Assembly: GCA_963814375.1 (NCBI GenBank)
Contig: CAWFCQ010000008.1
Span: 256,001-320,000 of the forward strand
Origin: an uncultured Chloroflexia bacterium
GTDB lineage: Bacteria; Chloroflexota; Limnocylindria; QHBO01
Direction: 5' to 3'
DNA: 64,000 nucleotides
Shown here: piece after piece, positions 30,922-41,449 of the stretch
Numbering within the stretch: position 1 is the stretch's first letter
How the letters are laid out: the number at the start of each line of letters is the position of its first letter
Notes under the pieces: generated by a model
Databases searched by the model: none
What the model saw: only the letters and a program-made list of their open reading frames with translations
Told to the model about the DNA's origin: nothing
Made by a program: the position numbers and the translations under genes

Positions 30922-31548
30922 ATGGCCCGATATAACGACGCGGTCTGCCGCATCTGCCGGCGTGAGGGGCTGAAGCTCTTCCTCAAGGGCAGCCGCTGCT
31001 ACAGCCGCAAGTGCGCCTTCGAGCGCCGCAGCACGCCGCCCGGCATGAACACCATGCGCCGCCGCAAGGTGAGCGAGTACGGGCTCCAGCTGCGCGAGAA
31101 GCAGAAGGTTCGCAAGAGCTACTCCGTGCTCGAGCGCCAGTTCCGCAACTACTTCGAGAAGGCGGACCAGCGCAAGGGCGTGACCGGCGAGAACCTGCTG
31201 CGGATGCTGGAGATGCGCCTCGACAGCGTCGTCTTCCGGATGGGCTTCGCAACCAGCCGTGCCCAGGCGCGGCAGCTGGTGACCCACGGTCACTTCTCGG
31301 TCAACGGTCGGCCCACCAACGTGCCGAGCTTCGCGACCAAGATCGGCGACCGCATCGAGGTGCGCGACAGCCGCCGAGGCCGCGAGTACTTCAAGGTCGC
31401 CGGCGAGACGATGAAGGCGGCCCAGATACCTGAATGGGTGAGCGTCGATCCGGCCAAGCTGTCCGGAACCGTGCTCGCCGAACCGGCGCGCGAGCAGATG
31501 CCGCTCGAGTTCAACGAGCAGCTCGTCGTCGAGTACTACTCGCGCTAG
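30922..31548 (+). CDS. rpsD: 30S ribosomal protein S4, Zn-binding form
   Basis: CRICRREG...C...C; [13 protein letters not shown]; VVEYYSR. Confidence 0.98.
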   Translation: MARYNDAVCRICRREGLKLFLKGSRCYSRKCAFERRSTPPGMNTMRRRKVSEYGLQLREKQKVRKSYSVLERQFRNYFEKADQRKGVTGENLLRMLEMRLDSVVFRMGFATSRAQARQLVTHGHFSVNGRPTNVPSFATKIGDRIEVRDSRRGREYFKVAGETMKAAQIPEWVSVDPAKLSGTVLAEPAREQMPLEFNEQLVVEYYSR

Positions 31549-31564
31549 GAGTCAATCTCTTCCC

Positions 31565-32602
31565 ATGATCGAACTCGAGACCCCGCTTCAGCAGCAGCCC
31601 GCGCCGTCGCCCCGCATCGACGAGGTCCACGCCGAGGGCAACCTGAGCAGCTTCGAGGTGACCCCGCTCCAGGAGGGGTACGGCGTCACCCTCGGCAACG
31701 CCCTGCGCCGCGTGCTGCTCGGCTCCCTCGACGGCGCGGCCGTCACCAGCATCCAGATCGCCGGCGTCTTCCACGAGTTCAGCACGATCGAGAACGTCAA
31801 GGAGGACGTCACCCAGATCGTGCTGAACGTGAAGAAGCTTCGGCTTCGCTCGTTCGCCCGCCACCCGCTGACGCTCAAGCTGGTCAAGCGGGGCGCCGGC
31901 CCGGTGACCGCCGCCGACATCAACGAGTCCGCCGACGTGGAGATCGTCAATCCCGACCTCGTCCTGCTCACCCTCGACTCCGACTCGGGTTCGATCGAGA
32001 TGGACCTCACCATCGAGACCGGCATGGGCTATCGGCCCGCCGAGCACACCGAGGAGATGCCGATCGGCGTCGTCCCGGTGGACGCGATCTTCTCGCCGGT
32101 GCGCCGCGTGAACTATCAGGTCGAGAAGACCCGCGTCGGCCAGATGACCAACTACGACAAGCTCACGCTCGAGATCGAGACCGACGGCACGACCACCGCG
32201 CAGGCGGCACTCAGCCAGGCGGCCGACATCCTCGTTCGCGAGTTCGGCCGCTTCGCCGAGATCGGGCGGCCCGCGGTGGCCTCGGCCGACGACGCGCCGC
32301 TCGCTCCCAGCGCCAATATGCTCGATGCGCCGATCGAGGAGCTCGACCTTCCGATGCGGGCGTACAACAGCCTGAAGCGCAACAGCATCACGAAGGTCGG
32401 CCAGGTCCTCTCGCTCAGCGACGAAGAGTTCCTCCGCATGCGCAACTTTGGGCAGAAGAGCCTGGACGAGCTCAAGGAGCGCCTCGCGCTGCGCGGTTTC
32501 ATCAGCCCCGAGTCCACCTCGATGAGCACTGACGAGTCGGACCTCCCGGCGTCGGCCGAGCTCGACGAGGCGGCCGCGGCCGAGCTCGACCGGGAGGCCT
32601 AG
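31565..32602 (+). CDS. rpoA: RNA polymerase alpha subunit
   Basis: GYGVTLGNALRRVLL; VDAIFSPV; RAYNSLKR; RNFGQKS. Confidence 0.98.
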   Translation: MIELETPLQQQPAPSPRIDEVHAEGNLSSFEVTPLQEGYGVTLGNALRRVLLGSLDGAAVTSIQIAGVFHEFSTIENVKEDVTQIVLNVKKLRLRSFARHPLTLKLVKRGAGPVTAADINESADVEIVNPDLVLLTLDSDSGSIEMDLTIETGMGYRPAEHTEEMPIGVVPVDAIFSPVRRVNYQVEKTRVGQMTNYDKLTLEIETDGTTTAQAALSQAADILVREFGRFAEIGRPAVASADDAPLAPSANMLDAPIEELDLPMRAYNSLKRNSITKVGQVLSLSDEEFLRMRNFGQKSLDELKERLALRGFISPESTSMSTDESDLPASAELDEAAAAELDREA

Positions 32603-32606
32603 GCCG

Positions 32607-32960
32607 ATGCCGCACCGGACCGCCGGGCGCAAGCTCAGCCGCCCGCACGCCCACAGGGTCGCCATGCTCGGCAACCTCGCCGTGGCCGTGCTGCGCTACG
32701 AGCGCATCAAGACCACCGAGGCGAAGGCCAAGGAGGTCCGGGGCGTGGTGGACGGCATGATCACGCTCGCGAAGCGCGGCGACCTCCATGCGCGGCGGCA
32801 GCTCATCAGCAAGATGCCGCACGAGCCGCTCATCGTCGACAAGCTGATGGGCGAGATCGCAACCAAGTACGCCGATCGCACCTCGGGATACACGCGGATC
32901 ATCAAGCTCGGGCAGCGCCCCGGCGATGCCGCCCCGATCGTGCAGATCGAGCTCGTCTGA
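32607..32960 (+). CDS. rplQ: 50S ribosomal protein L17
   Basis: IKTTEAKAKE; GYTRIIK; RPGDAAP. Confidence 0.97.
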   Translation: MPHRTAGRKLSRPHAHRVAMLGNLAVAVLRYERIKTTEAKAKEVRGVVDGMITLAKRGDLHARRQLISKMPHEPLIVDKLMGEIATKYADRTSGYTRIIKLGQRPGDAAPIVQIELV

Positions 32961-32997
32961 AGCAGACGGGCAACCAACAGAACACCGACACGGACCG

Positions 32998-33754
32998 ATG
33001 GCCGCCAGGGCGCAGCGATGCGCGCGGGCGACGATCGAGTACGACGGGACGGCCTTCGCCGGCTCGCAGGTCCAGCCGAACGCTCGGACCGTGCAGGGAG
33101 AGCTGGAGGAGGCCCTTAACAGGCTGATCGGCGAGCGGATTCGCGTCCGTCTCGCCGGGCGAACCGATGCCGGGGTGCATGCCACCGGCCAGGTCGCGGC
33201 ATTCTGCTACCGAGGGGCGCTGCCCGTCGCGGGCGGCATGCCCGAGCTGCGGCGACGGCTGAATGCCGTCCTGCCGCCGGACCTGGCCGTTCGCGCGCTC
33301 GTGCTCGGCGCCTCCCGGCTTCGATCCACGGCGGTCGGCGCGCCTGCGCGTCTATCGCTATCGGATCCGGCCCGGCGGCGTCTCACGGCCGCTTGACCGG
33401 CATCGGACGCTCGAGATCGACGATCCCCTCGACGTCGGGGCCATGCAGGCCGCGGCGGCGCGAATGAAGGGGGAGCGCGACTTCGGTGCGCTCGGCAGCC
33501 ACGTCCATGGGCGGACGGTCCGCCACGTGGTCGAGCTGCACGTCACGCGTCGAGGGACGCTCGTCGAGGTTCGCGTCACGGCCGATGCGTTCCTGCGCCG
33601 AATGGTGCGCAGCATCGTCGCCGTCCTCATCGAGGTCGGTCGCGGCAGGCTTGCCCCCGAGGCGGTGGCGCGCCTCCTCGACGAGCCGGGGCGGGCCCTC
33701 CACGGTCGTGCGGCGCCCGCGCGCGGGTTGACGCTCGAGCGCATCGTCTACTGA
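32998..33754 (+). CDS. truA: tRNA pseudouridine(38-40) synthase TruA, +1 frameshift near 33305
   Basis: EYDGTAF, TVQGELE and catalytic [10 protein letters not shown] in the first frame; [14 protein letters not shown] and APARGLTL in the next frame. Confidence 0.9.
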
Positions 33755-33798
33755 TCAGCCACCAGGAAAAGCCAAGGCAACACCGGAGAGCAGGGAAC

Positions 33799-34227
33799 GT
33801 GAAGACCTACGCCGTCAAGGCGAGCGAGATCGAGCGCAGCTGGTGGGTCGTCGACGCGACGGACCAGACCCTCGGCCGGCTGGCGACCCGCATCGCCACC
33901 CTGCTGGAGGGCAAGCACAAGCCGATCTACTCGCCGCACCTCGACACCGGGGACCACGTGGTGGTCCTCAACGCCGGGAAGATCCGCGTCACCGGCGACA
34001 AGCTGCGGCAGAAGAGCTACTTCCGCCACTCGAACTACCCCGGCGGCCTCCGCGAGGAGAGCCTGGGATCACTGATCGTGCGCAAGCCGGAGCTCGTCAT
34101 CGAGCGAGCCGTCAAGGGGATGCTGCCGCAGAATCGCCTCGGTCGCGCGATGTTCAAGAAGCTGAAGGTCTACAAGGGTGCGGAGCACCCCCACCAGGCG
34201 CAGCAGCCGACGACGGTCGAGCTGTAG
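33799..34227 (+). CDS. rplM: 50S ribosomal protein L13
   Basis: LGRLAT; [10 protein letters not shown]; AVKGMLP; HPHQAQQP. Confidence 0.98.
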   Translation: MKTYAVKASEIERSWWVVDATDQTLGRLATRIATLLEGKHKPIYSPHLDTGDHVVVLNAGKIRVTGDKLRQKSYFRHSNYPGGLREESLGSLIVRKPELVIERAVKGMLPQNRLGRAMFKKLKVYKGAEHPHQAQQPTTVEL

Positions 34228-34243
34228 CGAGGAGAGAACGAAC

Positions 34244-34636
34244 GTGAGCACGAACTACGTCTACGGGACGGGCAGGCGCAAGACCGCCGTCGCGCGCGTC
34301 CGCCTCCTGCCCGGTGACGGCAGCGTCATCGTCAATGGCAAGCCGGCGGCGGAGTACTTCGGCGGCGCCTCCCCGGAGGGCGCGCTGCTCGTGCCGTTCC
34401 GCGTGACCGAGACGGAGGGTCGCTACTCGGCCAGCGTCCTCGTTGCGGGCGGCGGCGTCTCGGGGCAGGTCGGGGCCATCCGCCACGGCATCGCCCGCGC
34501 CCTCCTCAGCGCGCATCCCGACGCGCGAGCCTCGTTGCGCGAGGCGGGCCTCCTGACGCGCGATCCGCGCGCGAAGGAACGCAAGAAGTACGGGCTCAAG
34601 CGCGCCCGCAAGGCGCCGCAGTACACCAAGCGGTAG
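34244..34636 (+). CDS. rpsI: 30S ribosomal protein S9
   Basis: [12 protein letters not shown]; [19 protein letters not shown]. Confidence 0.98.
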   Translation: MSTNYVYGTGRRKTAVARVRLLPGDGSVIVNGKPAAEYFGGASPEGALLVPFRVTETEGRYSASVLVAGGGVSGQVGAIRHGIARALLSAHPDARASLREAGLLTRDPRAKERKKYGLKRARKAPQYTKR

Positions 34637-34671
34637 GCGGGCCGAATGCTGGGTATGCGCGTATATACTCA

Positions 34672-34736
34672 GCCGATGTAACCGCCGATGTAACACTGGG
34701 GGCCCCGGCGCTCGTCGTCGGGGCTCTTGGTATCAT
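34672..34736 (+). promoter_or_regulatory. Direct repeat and extended -10 upstream of cdaA operon
   Basis: GCCGATGTAAC twice (34672-34682, 34684-34694); TGGTATCAT (34728-34736). Confidence 0.5.
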
Positions 34737-34778
34737 CGGGCACCGACCGCCGCCGCAGATGCAGGCACCGCACACACC

Positions 34779-35723
34779 GTGATCGACGCGATCCGTGAGT
34801 TCTTCGACACCTACCTGAGGGGCAGCTGGACGTCGATCATCGACATCCTGCTGGTGGCGTTCGTCATCTACTGGCTGTTCATCCTCATCCGCGGCACGCG
34901 CGCGGTGCGGATCGTCATCGGCCTGTCGATCCTGTATCTCGTCTACCTGGCCGCGATCTTCTTCGGCTTCGACCTGCTGCGACGGCTGATGGAGACCGCC
35001 GCGGTCGTCGGCCTCTTCGCGGTCGTCGTCGTCTTCCAGCCCGAGCTGCGGCGGGCGCTGGAGCAGATCGGAAGGATCGGGAGCTTCAACCGATTCTTCG
35101 TCAGCGCCGAGGTGGCCGGCGCCGAGCGCGTGGCGCGCGAGATCAGCCGCGCCGCCCGCATCCTGGCTGGCTCTCGGCACGGCGCGCTCATCACGCTGGA
35201 ACGCGAGACGGGCCTCACCGATCTCGCCACCGAGTCCGGCGTGCCGGTGCACGCCGACCTCCGCGCCGAGCTGCTCGTCACGATCTTCTACCGAGGCACC
35301 GCCCTGCACGATGGCGCGGTCATCATCTCGGGCGAGGAGATCACCGCGGCCGGCGTGCTCCTGCCCATGAGCCAGAGCGCACTCGACAGCGAGCGGTACG
35401 GCACGCGCCACCGGGCGGCGATCGGCATCAGCGAGCAGACCGACGCCGTCGTCGTGGTGGTCAGCGAGGAGACCGGCTCCATCAGCCTCGTCGTGCGCGG
35501 GCGCATCGAGCGCAACCTGACCGAGGAGCAGCTCCGGCGCAGGATCTTCAACCTCATCCGACCCCAGACCCCGAGACGGGCCGTGCCCTTCCTTCGACGC
35601 ACGCTCGACGGCAGGTGGCACCTCGGAACGCCCGAGCCCGAGCCGGCCGCCGATGAGCCGATCGACCCAGATGCGCGCGTCGTGACAGGCGCCGCCACCG
35701 ATTCCGGCTCGGTGAGGCGCTGA
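34779..35723 (+). CDS. cdaA: Diadenylate cyclase CdaA
   Basis: Three N-terminal TM helices; FQPELRRALE; catalytic HDGA and GTRHRAA; SEETG. Confidence 0.95.
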   Translation: MIDAIREFFDTYLRGSWTSIIDILLVAFVIYWLFILIRGTRAVRIVIGLSILYLVYLAAIFFGFDLLRRLMETAAVVGLFAVVVVFQPELRRALEQIGRIGSFNRFFVSAEVAGAERVAREISRAARILAGSRHGALITLERETGLTDLATESGVPVHADLRAELLVTIFYRGTALHDGAVIISGEEITAAGVLLPMSQSALDSERYGTRHRAAIGISEQTDAVVVVVSEETGSISLVVRGRIERNLTEEQLRRRIFNLIRPQTPRRAVPFLRRTLDGRWHLGTPEPEPAADEPIDPDARVVTGAATDSGSVRR

Positions 35724-35725
35724 GA

Positions 35726-36970
35726 GTGGGGATCCTCCTTCGCAACTGGCACCTCAAGCTCTCGGCAATCCTCCTCGCCACCATCCTCTACACCGGCCTC
35801 GTCTACTCCGGCTCGTTCAGTGAGTCAACGCTCGAGGTTCGCATCGAGCAGGTGAACGCCTCGGGGGACGTGTTCGTGCTCAGCGGCGATCCCGGCGTGG
35901 TCGAGGTGACGTACCGGGTCGCGAACGAGGAGGCCGGAGGTGTCTTGCCGACGGATTTCGCCGCGCAGGTGGACCTCTCTGCCTACGACATGACGCAGGC
36001 GCCGGAGCCGCAGCAGCTGCCCGTCGACGTGAGCAGCCTGAGGGAGGGGATCGAGGTGATCTCGATCGCCCCGGAAACGGTGCGAGTCCAGCTCGACGCC
36101 GTCGAGACGCGGAGCGTCCCGGTCGAGGTCGATCCGGGCGTCGTTCCTGCCGGGCTGGAGATCGACGATCCCGTCGTCAGCGCTGACGAGGTCGAGGTGC
36201 GCGGGCCCGCATCAGTGGTCAGCCAGGTCGACCGGGCGCGCGCGCTCGTCAACATTCCGGCCTCCGGGATCGACGTCAACGAGTCCGTGCCGCTGACGCT
36301 CGTTGATCTCGAGGGGCAGTCACTCGGAACCGGCCAGGTCGAGCTGGATCCGGAGGCCGTATCGGTCCAGGTCGAGGTTCGGGCGGTCGAGACGCAGACG
36401 ACCGTAGCCGTGCGGCCGACCATCCAGCCCGGTGCGCCGGCCCCGGGCTTTGCGCTCGAGTCCCTCAGCGTGGATCCCTCATCCGTCACGATCGTGGGCC
36501 TGCCGGAGGACCTCGCCGAGATCCAGGCCGTGCAGACCGCCCCGATCAGCTTCGACGGCGCATCGGCGGATCAGACCTTCGAGGTCGAGCTCCAGCTGCC
36601 CGACGGCGTCAGCCTCGCGGACGGCGAGGTCGCGACCGTCACCGTCGTTGCGACGATCGTACCGTCGGTCTCGAGCCGGACGTTCGTCGTCGGTGTCGTG
36701 TGCGAGGGAGCGGGCGAGAACGCCTGCGTCCCGGGCCTCGATCAGCTGACGCTTACCCTCAGCGGTGCTGGAGCGGCGCTCGGCGGGCTGAGCGCGGCCG
36801 ATGTGACGCCGGTGCTGGACGCGTCGGGGCTCGCTCCCGGCGCCCACTCGTTGACGCCCACCATCGTGGGCCTGCCCGCCGGCGTCGAGGTGCTCGCCAT
36901 CACTCCGGGCTCCGTGCCGGTCACGATCGTCGCGCCGGCGCCGCCACCCACCCCGTCTCCCGCGCCGTAG
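35726..36970 (+). CDS. cdaR: CdaR/YbbR-domain regulator
   Basis: N-terminal NWHLKLSAILLA TM; repeated beta-rich modules (VEVRGP, VTIVG, LTLSG); lies between cdaA and glmM. Confidence 0.85.
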   Translation: MGILLRNWHLKLSAILLATILYTGLVYSGSFSESTLEVRIEQVNASGDVFVLSGDPGVVEVTYRVANEEAGGVLPTDFAAQVDLSAYDMTQAPEPQQLPVDVSSLREGIEVISIAPETVRVQLDAVETRSVPVEVDPGVVPAGLEIDDPVVSADEVEVRGPASVVSQVDRARALVNIPASGIDVNESVPLTLVDLEGQSLGTGQVELDPEAVSVQVEVRAVETQTTVAVRPTIQPGAPAPGFALESLSVDPSSVTIVGLPEDLAEIQAVQTAPISFDGASADQTFEVELQLPDGVSLADGEVATVTVVATIVPSVSSRTFVVGVVCEGAGENACVPGLDQLTLTLSGAGAALGGLSAADVTPVLDASGLAPGAHSLTPTIVGLPAGVEVLAITPGSVPVTIVAPAPPPTPSPAP

Positions 36971-38299
36971 ATGGCAGGCCGCTTCGGCACGGACGGGATC
37001 AGGGGACCGGTAGGCTCCGAGATCAACGCGCCCCTGGCGCTGGCGCTGGGGCGCGCGGTCGGCCATCGCTTGGCCGGACCGAATCGCAGTGTCGTCCTCG
37101 GTCGCGACACACGCCGATCGGGGGAGATGCTGTCGGCGGCGCTCACGGCGGGCCTCGCCGCAACGGGGACCGACGTGGTCGACCTCGGCATCGTCACCAC
37201 GCCCTGCCTGGTCCACGCCAGCGCCGACGACCGTGTGTCTGCCGGGATCATGGTCTCCGCCTCGCACAATCCGGCGGGTGACAACGGCCTGAAGGTCGTC
37301 GTCGCCGGTCGCAAGGCGGAGGACGCGATCGAGGCTGAGCTCGATCGGCTCATCGACGACCCATCGCCCATCGGCGAGCGCCCGAACCACGAGCTCGGCC
37401 GTCTTCGGACCGATACCGACGCGATCGAGGCCTACCGCCGTCATCTGGCCGCCATCGCGGGGGACGCGCTTCGCGGGCTGCGCATCGGGATCGACTGCGC
37501 CAACGGCTCCGCCAGCGCCGTTGCGCCGGACCTGTTCCGCAGCCTCGGCGCGGATCTGACGGTCCTCTTCGATGCCCCGAACGGGGTGAACATCAACGAC
37601 GGGTGCGGTTCGACCCATCCGGAGCTCCTGGCCGACACGGTATCCGCCGCTGGCCTCGACCTCGGCCTGGCGTTCGACGGCGACGCCGACCGCCTCATCG
37701 CCGTGGACGAACGGGGTGGGCTCGTCGACGGTGACGCGGTGATGGGGATCTGCGCGCTCGAACGGCTCGGTACGGGGACGCTCCGAAACAACCTGCTCGT
37801 GACGACCGTGATGAGCAACGGCGGCCTCGAGCGAGCCGTGCGGCAGGCGGGAGGCCGGATCGTTCGCACGCCGGTCGGCGACCGCCACGTGTTCGAGGCG
37901 ATGGAGCGTGACGATGCCGTGCTGGGCGGGGAGCAGTCGGGCCACATCATCTTCCGCGACCGATCGACGACCGGTGATGGGCTCCTCACCGCCATCGAGC
38001 TCGTTCGCGCACTTCGCCTGGCGAAGGAGCCGCTGTCCGAGCTCGCCGCGCGTATCCCGAGGCTTCCGCAGGTGGTGATAAACTCAGCCGTCCGTCGCCG
38101 GGACGACTGGCAGCGCGACGTCGAGTTCGTCGCCGCCGTCGATCGCGCCACGGAGCTTATGGCGGATCGCGGGCGCGTGCTCGTCCGGCCGTCCGGCACC
38201 GAGCCCAAGATCCGGATCATGGTCGAGGGCGACGATGCCAGCGAGATCGAACGCATCGCCCGGGAGCTCGCGACGCTCGCCGAGGCGCGATTCAACTAG
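36971..38299 (+). CDS. glmM: Phosphoglucosamine mutase
   Basis: FGTDGIRG; SASHNP; FDGDADR; GGEQSGH; RPSGTEP. Confidence 0.96.
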   Translation: MAGRFGTDGIRGPVGSEINAPLALALGRAVGHRLAGPNRSVVLGRDTRRSGEMLSAALTAGLAATGTDVVDLGIVTTPCLVHASADDRVSAGIMVSASHNPAGDNGLKVVVAGRKAEDAIEAELDRLIDDPSPIGERPNHELGRLRTDTDAIEAYRRHLAAIAGDALRGLRIGIDCANGSASAVAPDLFRSLGADLTVLFDAPNGVNINDGCGSTHPELLADTVSAAGLDLGLAFDGDADRLIAVDERGGLVDGDAVMGICALERLGTGTLRNNLLVTTVMSNGGLERAVRQAGGRIVRTPVGDRHVFEAMERDDAVLGGEQSGHIIFRDRSTTGDGLLTAIELVRALRLAKEPLSELAARIPRLPQVVINSAVRRRDDWQRDVEFVAAVDRATELMADRGRVLVRPSGTEPKIRIMVEGDDASEIERIARELATLAEARFN

Positions 38300-38325
38300 C
38301 GTCGGGGACGCTCGAGGAGGGATTC

Positions 38326-40155
38326 ATGTGCGGCATCGTCGGATACGTCGGGCCGCGTGACGCCGCCCCGATCCTGATCGAGGGCCTGCGGCGCCTCGAG
38401 TACCGCGGCTATGACTCGGCCGGGATCGCGGTCCTCACCGATGACGGACAGGTCTTCATCGAGAAGAAGGCCGGCAAGCTCAACAACCTCACCGATCACC
38501 TCAACGGTGACGCGCCGGCCGGGCATCCGGGCATCGGCCACACCCGCTGGGCGACGCACGGGCAGCCGAACGACACGAATGCCCATCCGCACACCGATTG
38601 CAGCGGCAAGCTGGCGCTGATCCACAACGGGATCATCGAGAACTACGCGGAGATCAAGGGCCGCCTCGCAGCCGCCGGCCACCGATTCACCAGCGAGACC
38701 GACACCGAGGTCCTCGCCCACCTGATCGAGACGAAGTACCGTGGCGACCTTGTCGAGGCGGTGCGCGAGGCCCTCAACGAGGTGCGCGGGGCATACGCCA
38801 TCGGCGTCATGCACACCGATCACCCGGACCGGATCGTTGGCGCGCGGATGAACGTGCCGCTCATCGTGGGGCTCGGCCAAGGGGAGGGGTTCCTCGCCAG
38901 CGACGTGCCGGCCATCCTCGAGCACACGAAGAACGTCGTCATCCTGCACGAGGGCGACATCGCGGATGTCACGCCTGACGGCACGCGCATCCTCTCCCTC
39001 GACGGCACCGAGGTTCAGCGCGACGTCACCGAGATCCACTGGAACATCGAGGCGGCCGAGAAGGGTGGGTTCGCCCATTTCACGCTCAAGGAGATCTACG
39101 AGCAGCCGCACGCCATCCAGGAGTGCCTTCGCGGCCGGATCGACCCCGCCGGCGCCGTGACGCTCAGCGAGCTGGACGAGATCGCCGACAAGCTCCAGCG
39201 CGCCGAGCGGGTCTACATCGTCGGGTGCGGGACGGCCAGCTACGCGGCTCACGTCGCGGCCTATCTCATCCAGGACTGGGTCGGCCTGCCGGCCACGATG
39301 CAGATCGGATCGGAGATGCGGTACAGCCCTCCGCCGATCGATGAGAAGACGCTCGTCATCGGCGTCAGCCAGTCCGGGGAGACGGCAGACACGCTGGCCC
39401 CGCTGCGGCTTGCCCAGGAGCGTGGGGCGACGATCCTCGTCGTCACCAACGTGGTCGGCAGCGCGATCACCCGCGAGGCCGATGCCGTCTGCTACCTCCA
39501 GGCCGGGCCGGAGATCGCCGTGGCCAGCACGAAGGCGTTCGTGACGCAGGTCCTCGTGCTCCAGATGATCGCGCTGCACCTGGCGCGGATGCGTGGCACG
39601 CTTTCCGACAGCCAGCTCCGCACCTTCGGCCAGGCGCTGCGCAGCCTCCCGCGACTGGCGGCCGAGACCCTGACCCTCGCGCCGCAGATCAAGAAGCTGG
39701 CGCAGCAGTACGCGCGCGTGCGGGACTTCATCTTCATCGGCCGAGGCGTCGGCTTCCCGATCGCGATGGAAGGAGCGCTGAAGCTCAAGGAGCTCAGCTA
39801 TGTGCACGCCGAGGGCTACGCCGCGGGCGAGCTCAAGCACGGCCCGATCGCGCTGCTCGACCCGGATACCCCGCTGGTGGCCATCGCGACGGCGGGATCG
39901 GTGTACGACAAGGTCGCGAGCAACGTTGCGGAGGCGCGTGCCCGCTCGGCGCCGATCATCGCGATCGCGACCCAGGGCGACGACCAGATCGACCATTACG
40001 CCCATGACGTGATCTACGTCCCCGAGACACCGGAGCCGATCAGCCCCGTCATCGCCGTGCTGCCGCTCCAGCTGCTCGCCTACGAGGTGGCGGTGGCCCG
40101 CGGCACCGATGTCGACCAGCCGCGGAACCTCGCCAAGTCGGTCACGGTCGAATAG
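38326..40155 (+). CDS. glmS: Glutamine-fructose-6-phosphate aminotransferase
   Basis: MCGIVG; GHTRWATHG; SQSGETADT; PRNLAKSVTVE. Confidence 0.98.
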   Translation: MCGIVGYVGPRDAAPILIEGLRRLEYRGYDSAGIAVLTDDGQVFIEKKAGKLNNLTDHLNGDAPAGHPGIGHTRWATHGQPNDTNAHPHTDCSGKLALIHNGIIENYAEIKGRLAAAGHRFTSETDTEVLAHLIETKYRGDLVEAVREALNEVRGAYAIGVMHTDHPDRIVGARMNVPLIVGLGQGEGFLASDVPAILEHTKNVVILHEGDIADVTPDGTRILSLDGTEVQRDVTEIHWNIEAAEKGGFAHFTLKEIYEQPHAIQECLRGRIDPAGAVTLSELDEIADKLQRAERVYIVGCGTASYAAHVAAYLIQDWVGLPATMQIGSEMRYSPPPIDEKTLVIGVSQSGETADTLAPLRLAQERGATILVVTNVVGSAITREADAVCYLQAGPEIAVASTKAFVTQVLVLQMIALHLARMRGTLSDSQLRTFGQALRSLPRLAAETLTLAPQIKKLAQQYARVRDFIFIGRGVGFPIAMEGALKLKELSYVHAEGYAAGELKHGPIALLDPDTPLVAIATAGSVYDKVASNVAEARARSAPIIAIATQGDDQIDHYAHDVIYVPETPEPISPVIAVLPLQLLAYEVAVARGTDVDQPRNLAKSVTVE

Positions 40156-40162
40156 CGCGCCG

Positions 40163-40540
40163 ATGAGCCGGCATGAGATCGGGGTCGACCTGATCGACAT
40201 CGATCGGATCGTCGGCGTCCTCGGTCGATTTCCCGATCGGTTCCGCCTCCGGGTGCTGACCGAGGGCGAGCAGCGCTACGTCGGGCGCAGGGTCGAGCGC
40301 ATCGCGGGTCGCTGGGCGGCGAAGGAAGCGATCAGCAAGGTGCTCGGCCTCGGCGTCCGCGGTGTCGGATGGCGCGAGATCGAGATCCTGCCCAACTACG
40401 CCGGCCAGCCGCAGGTGCTCCTCCATGGCCGCGCCGCCCGACGCGCCGAGGCGATGGAGCTCGACGAGGTGAGCGTCTCCATCTCTCACGAGCGGCACAT
40501 GGCCGTCGCCGTCGCCGTCGCCCATCGCCGTCACGGGTAG
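40163..40540 (+). CDS. acpS: Holo-ACP synthase
   Basis: IGVDLI; AGRWAAKEA; VSISH. Confidence 0.93.
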   Translation: MSRHEIGVDLIDIDRIVGVLGRFPDRFRLRVLTEGEQRYVGRRVERIAGRWAAKEAISKVLGLGVRGVGWREIEILPNYAGQPQVLLHGRAARRAEAMELDEVSVSISHERHMAVAVAVAHRRHG

Positions 40541-40543
40541 CCA

Positions 40544-41449
40544 ATGGTCGGCAACGGGCCCCGCTCGATCACGCAACGGTGGGTGGCGAACCGCCTGCCG
40601 CCCCGGCCCGAGCGTGCGCACAAGGGCGACTTCGGCCGCGTCCTCGTCGTCGGCGGGTCGATCGACTATCCCGGCGCCGCGCTCCTCGCCGGCCTCGGCG
40701 CCATGCGTGCGGGAGCCGGTGTCGTCCGCGTGGCGGCTGCGGAGTCGGTCGCCGCGCGGCTGGCGGGCGCGGTGCCCGAGCTGACGTGGATGGCGCTCGA
40801 CGAGGAAGCGCCCGGTCTCATCGCGCCCGGCGGATGGCGCCATGTAACGGCCGAGGCCGCCGAGCACGACGCCCTGGTGATCGGTCCGGGTCTCGGTCGG
40901 GTGCCGGGAACGGCACGGCGCACGCGAGCGCTGATCGCGACGCTGACCGGACCTGCGGTGATCGACGCTGACGGCCTGAATGCCCTGGCCGACGGCAGCC
41001 GCTGGTGGCAGGGCCTCCGCGCGTCGTTGGTCCTGACTCCGCACCCGGGCGAGTTCGCGCGGCTGATCGACGGTCCCGGCCCCGACAGCGCGGACGATGC
41101 GAGCCGCGCCGAGGCCGCAGCGGCCGCGTCGAGACAGTGGGACCAGGTGGTGGTCCTCAAGGGCGCGCGCAGCGTGGTGGCCGGGCCATCGGGCGACGTG
41201 CTGCGGTCGGACGTCGCAACGGCCGCCCTCGCGACCGCGGGGAGCGGCGACATCCTGGCCGGCGTGATCGGCGCGTTCCTCGCCTCCGGAACCTCTGCGC
41301 TCGAGGCGGCCGCCTGCGGGGTCGCGGTCCACGGTGCGGCCGGGCTGCTCGCCGCCGAGCGAATCGGGAGCGCCGGCGTGATGGCGAGCGACCTTGCGGC
41401 GCTGGTGCCGGAGGCGATCGCCCAGCTGCGCGGGGACCGCGGCGGGTGA
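40544..41449 (+). CDS. nnrD: ADP/ATP-dependent NAD(P)H-hydrate dehydratase, stand-alone
   Basis: HKGDFGRVLVVGGS; GPGLG; IDADGLN; LTPHPGEF; LATAGSGDILAG. Confidence 0.92.
   Translation: MVGNGPRSITQRWVANRLPPRPERAHKGDFGRVLVVGGSIDYPGAALLAGLGAMRAGAGVVRVAAAESVAARLAGAVPELTWMALDEEAPGLIAPGGWRHVTAEAAEHDALVIGPGLGRVPGTARRTRALIATLTGPAVIDADGLNALADGSRWWQGLRASLVLTPHPGEFARLIDGPGPDSADDASRAEAAAAASRQWDQVVVLKGARSVVAGPSGDVLRSDVATAALATAGSGDILAGVIGAFLASGTSALEAAACGVAVHGAAGLLAAERIGSAGVMASDLAALVPEAIAQLRGDRGG

Noticed and set aside
38300-38325. glmS ribozyme
   Set aside because: The intergenic gap is only 26 bp.
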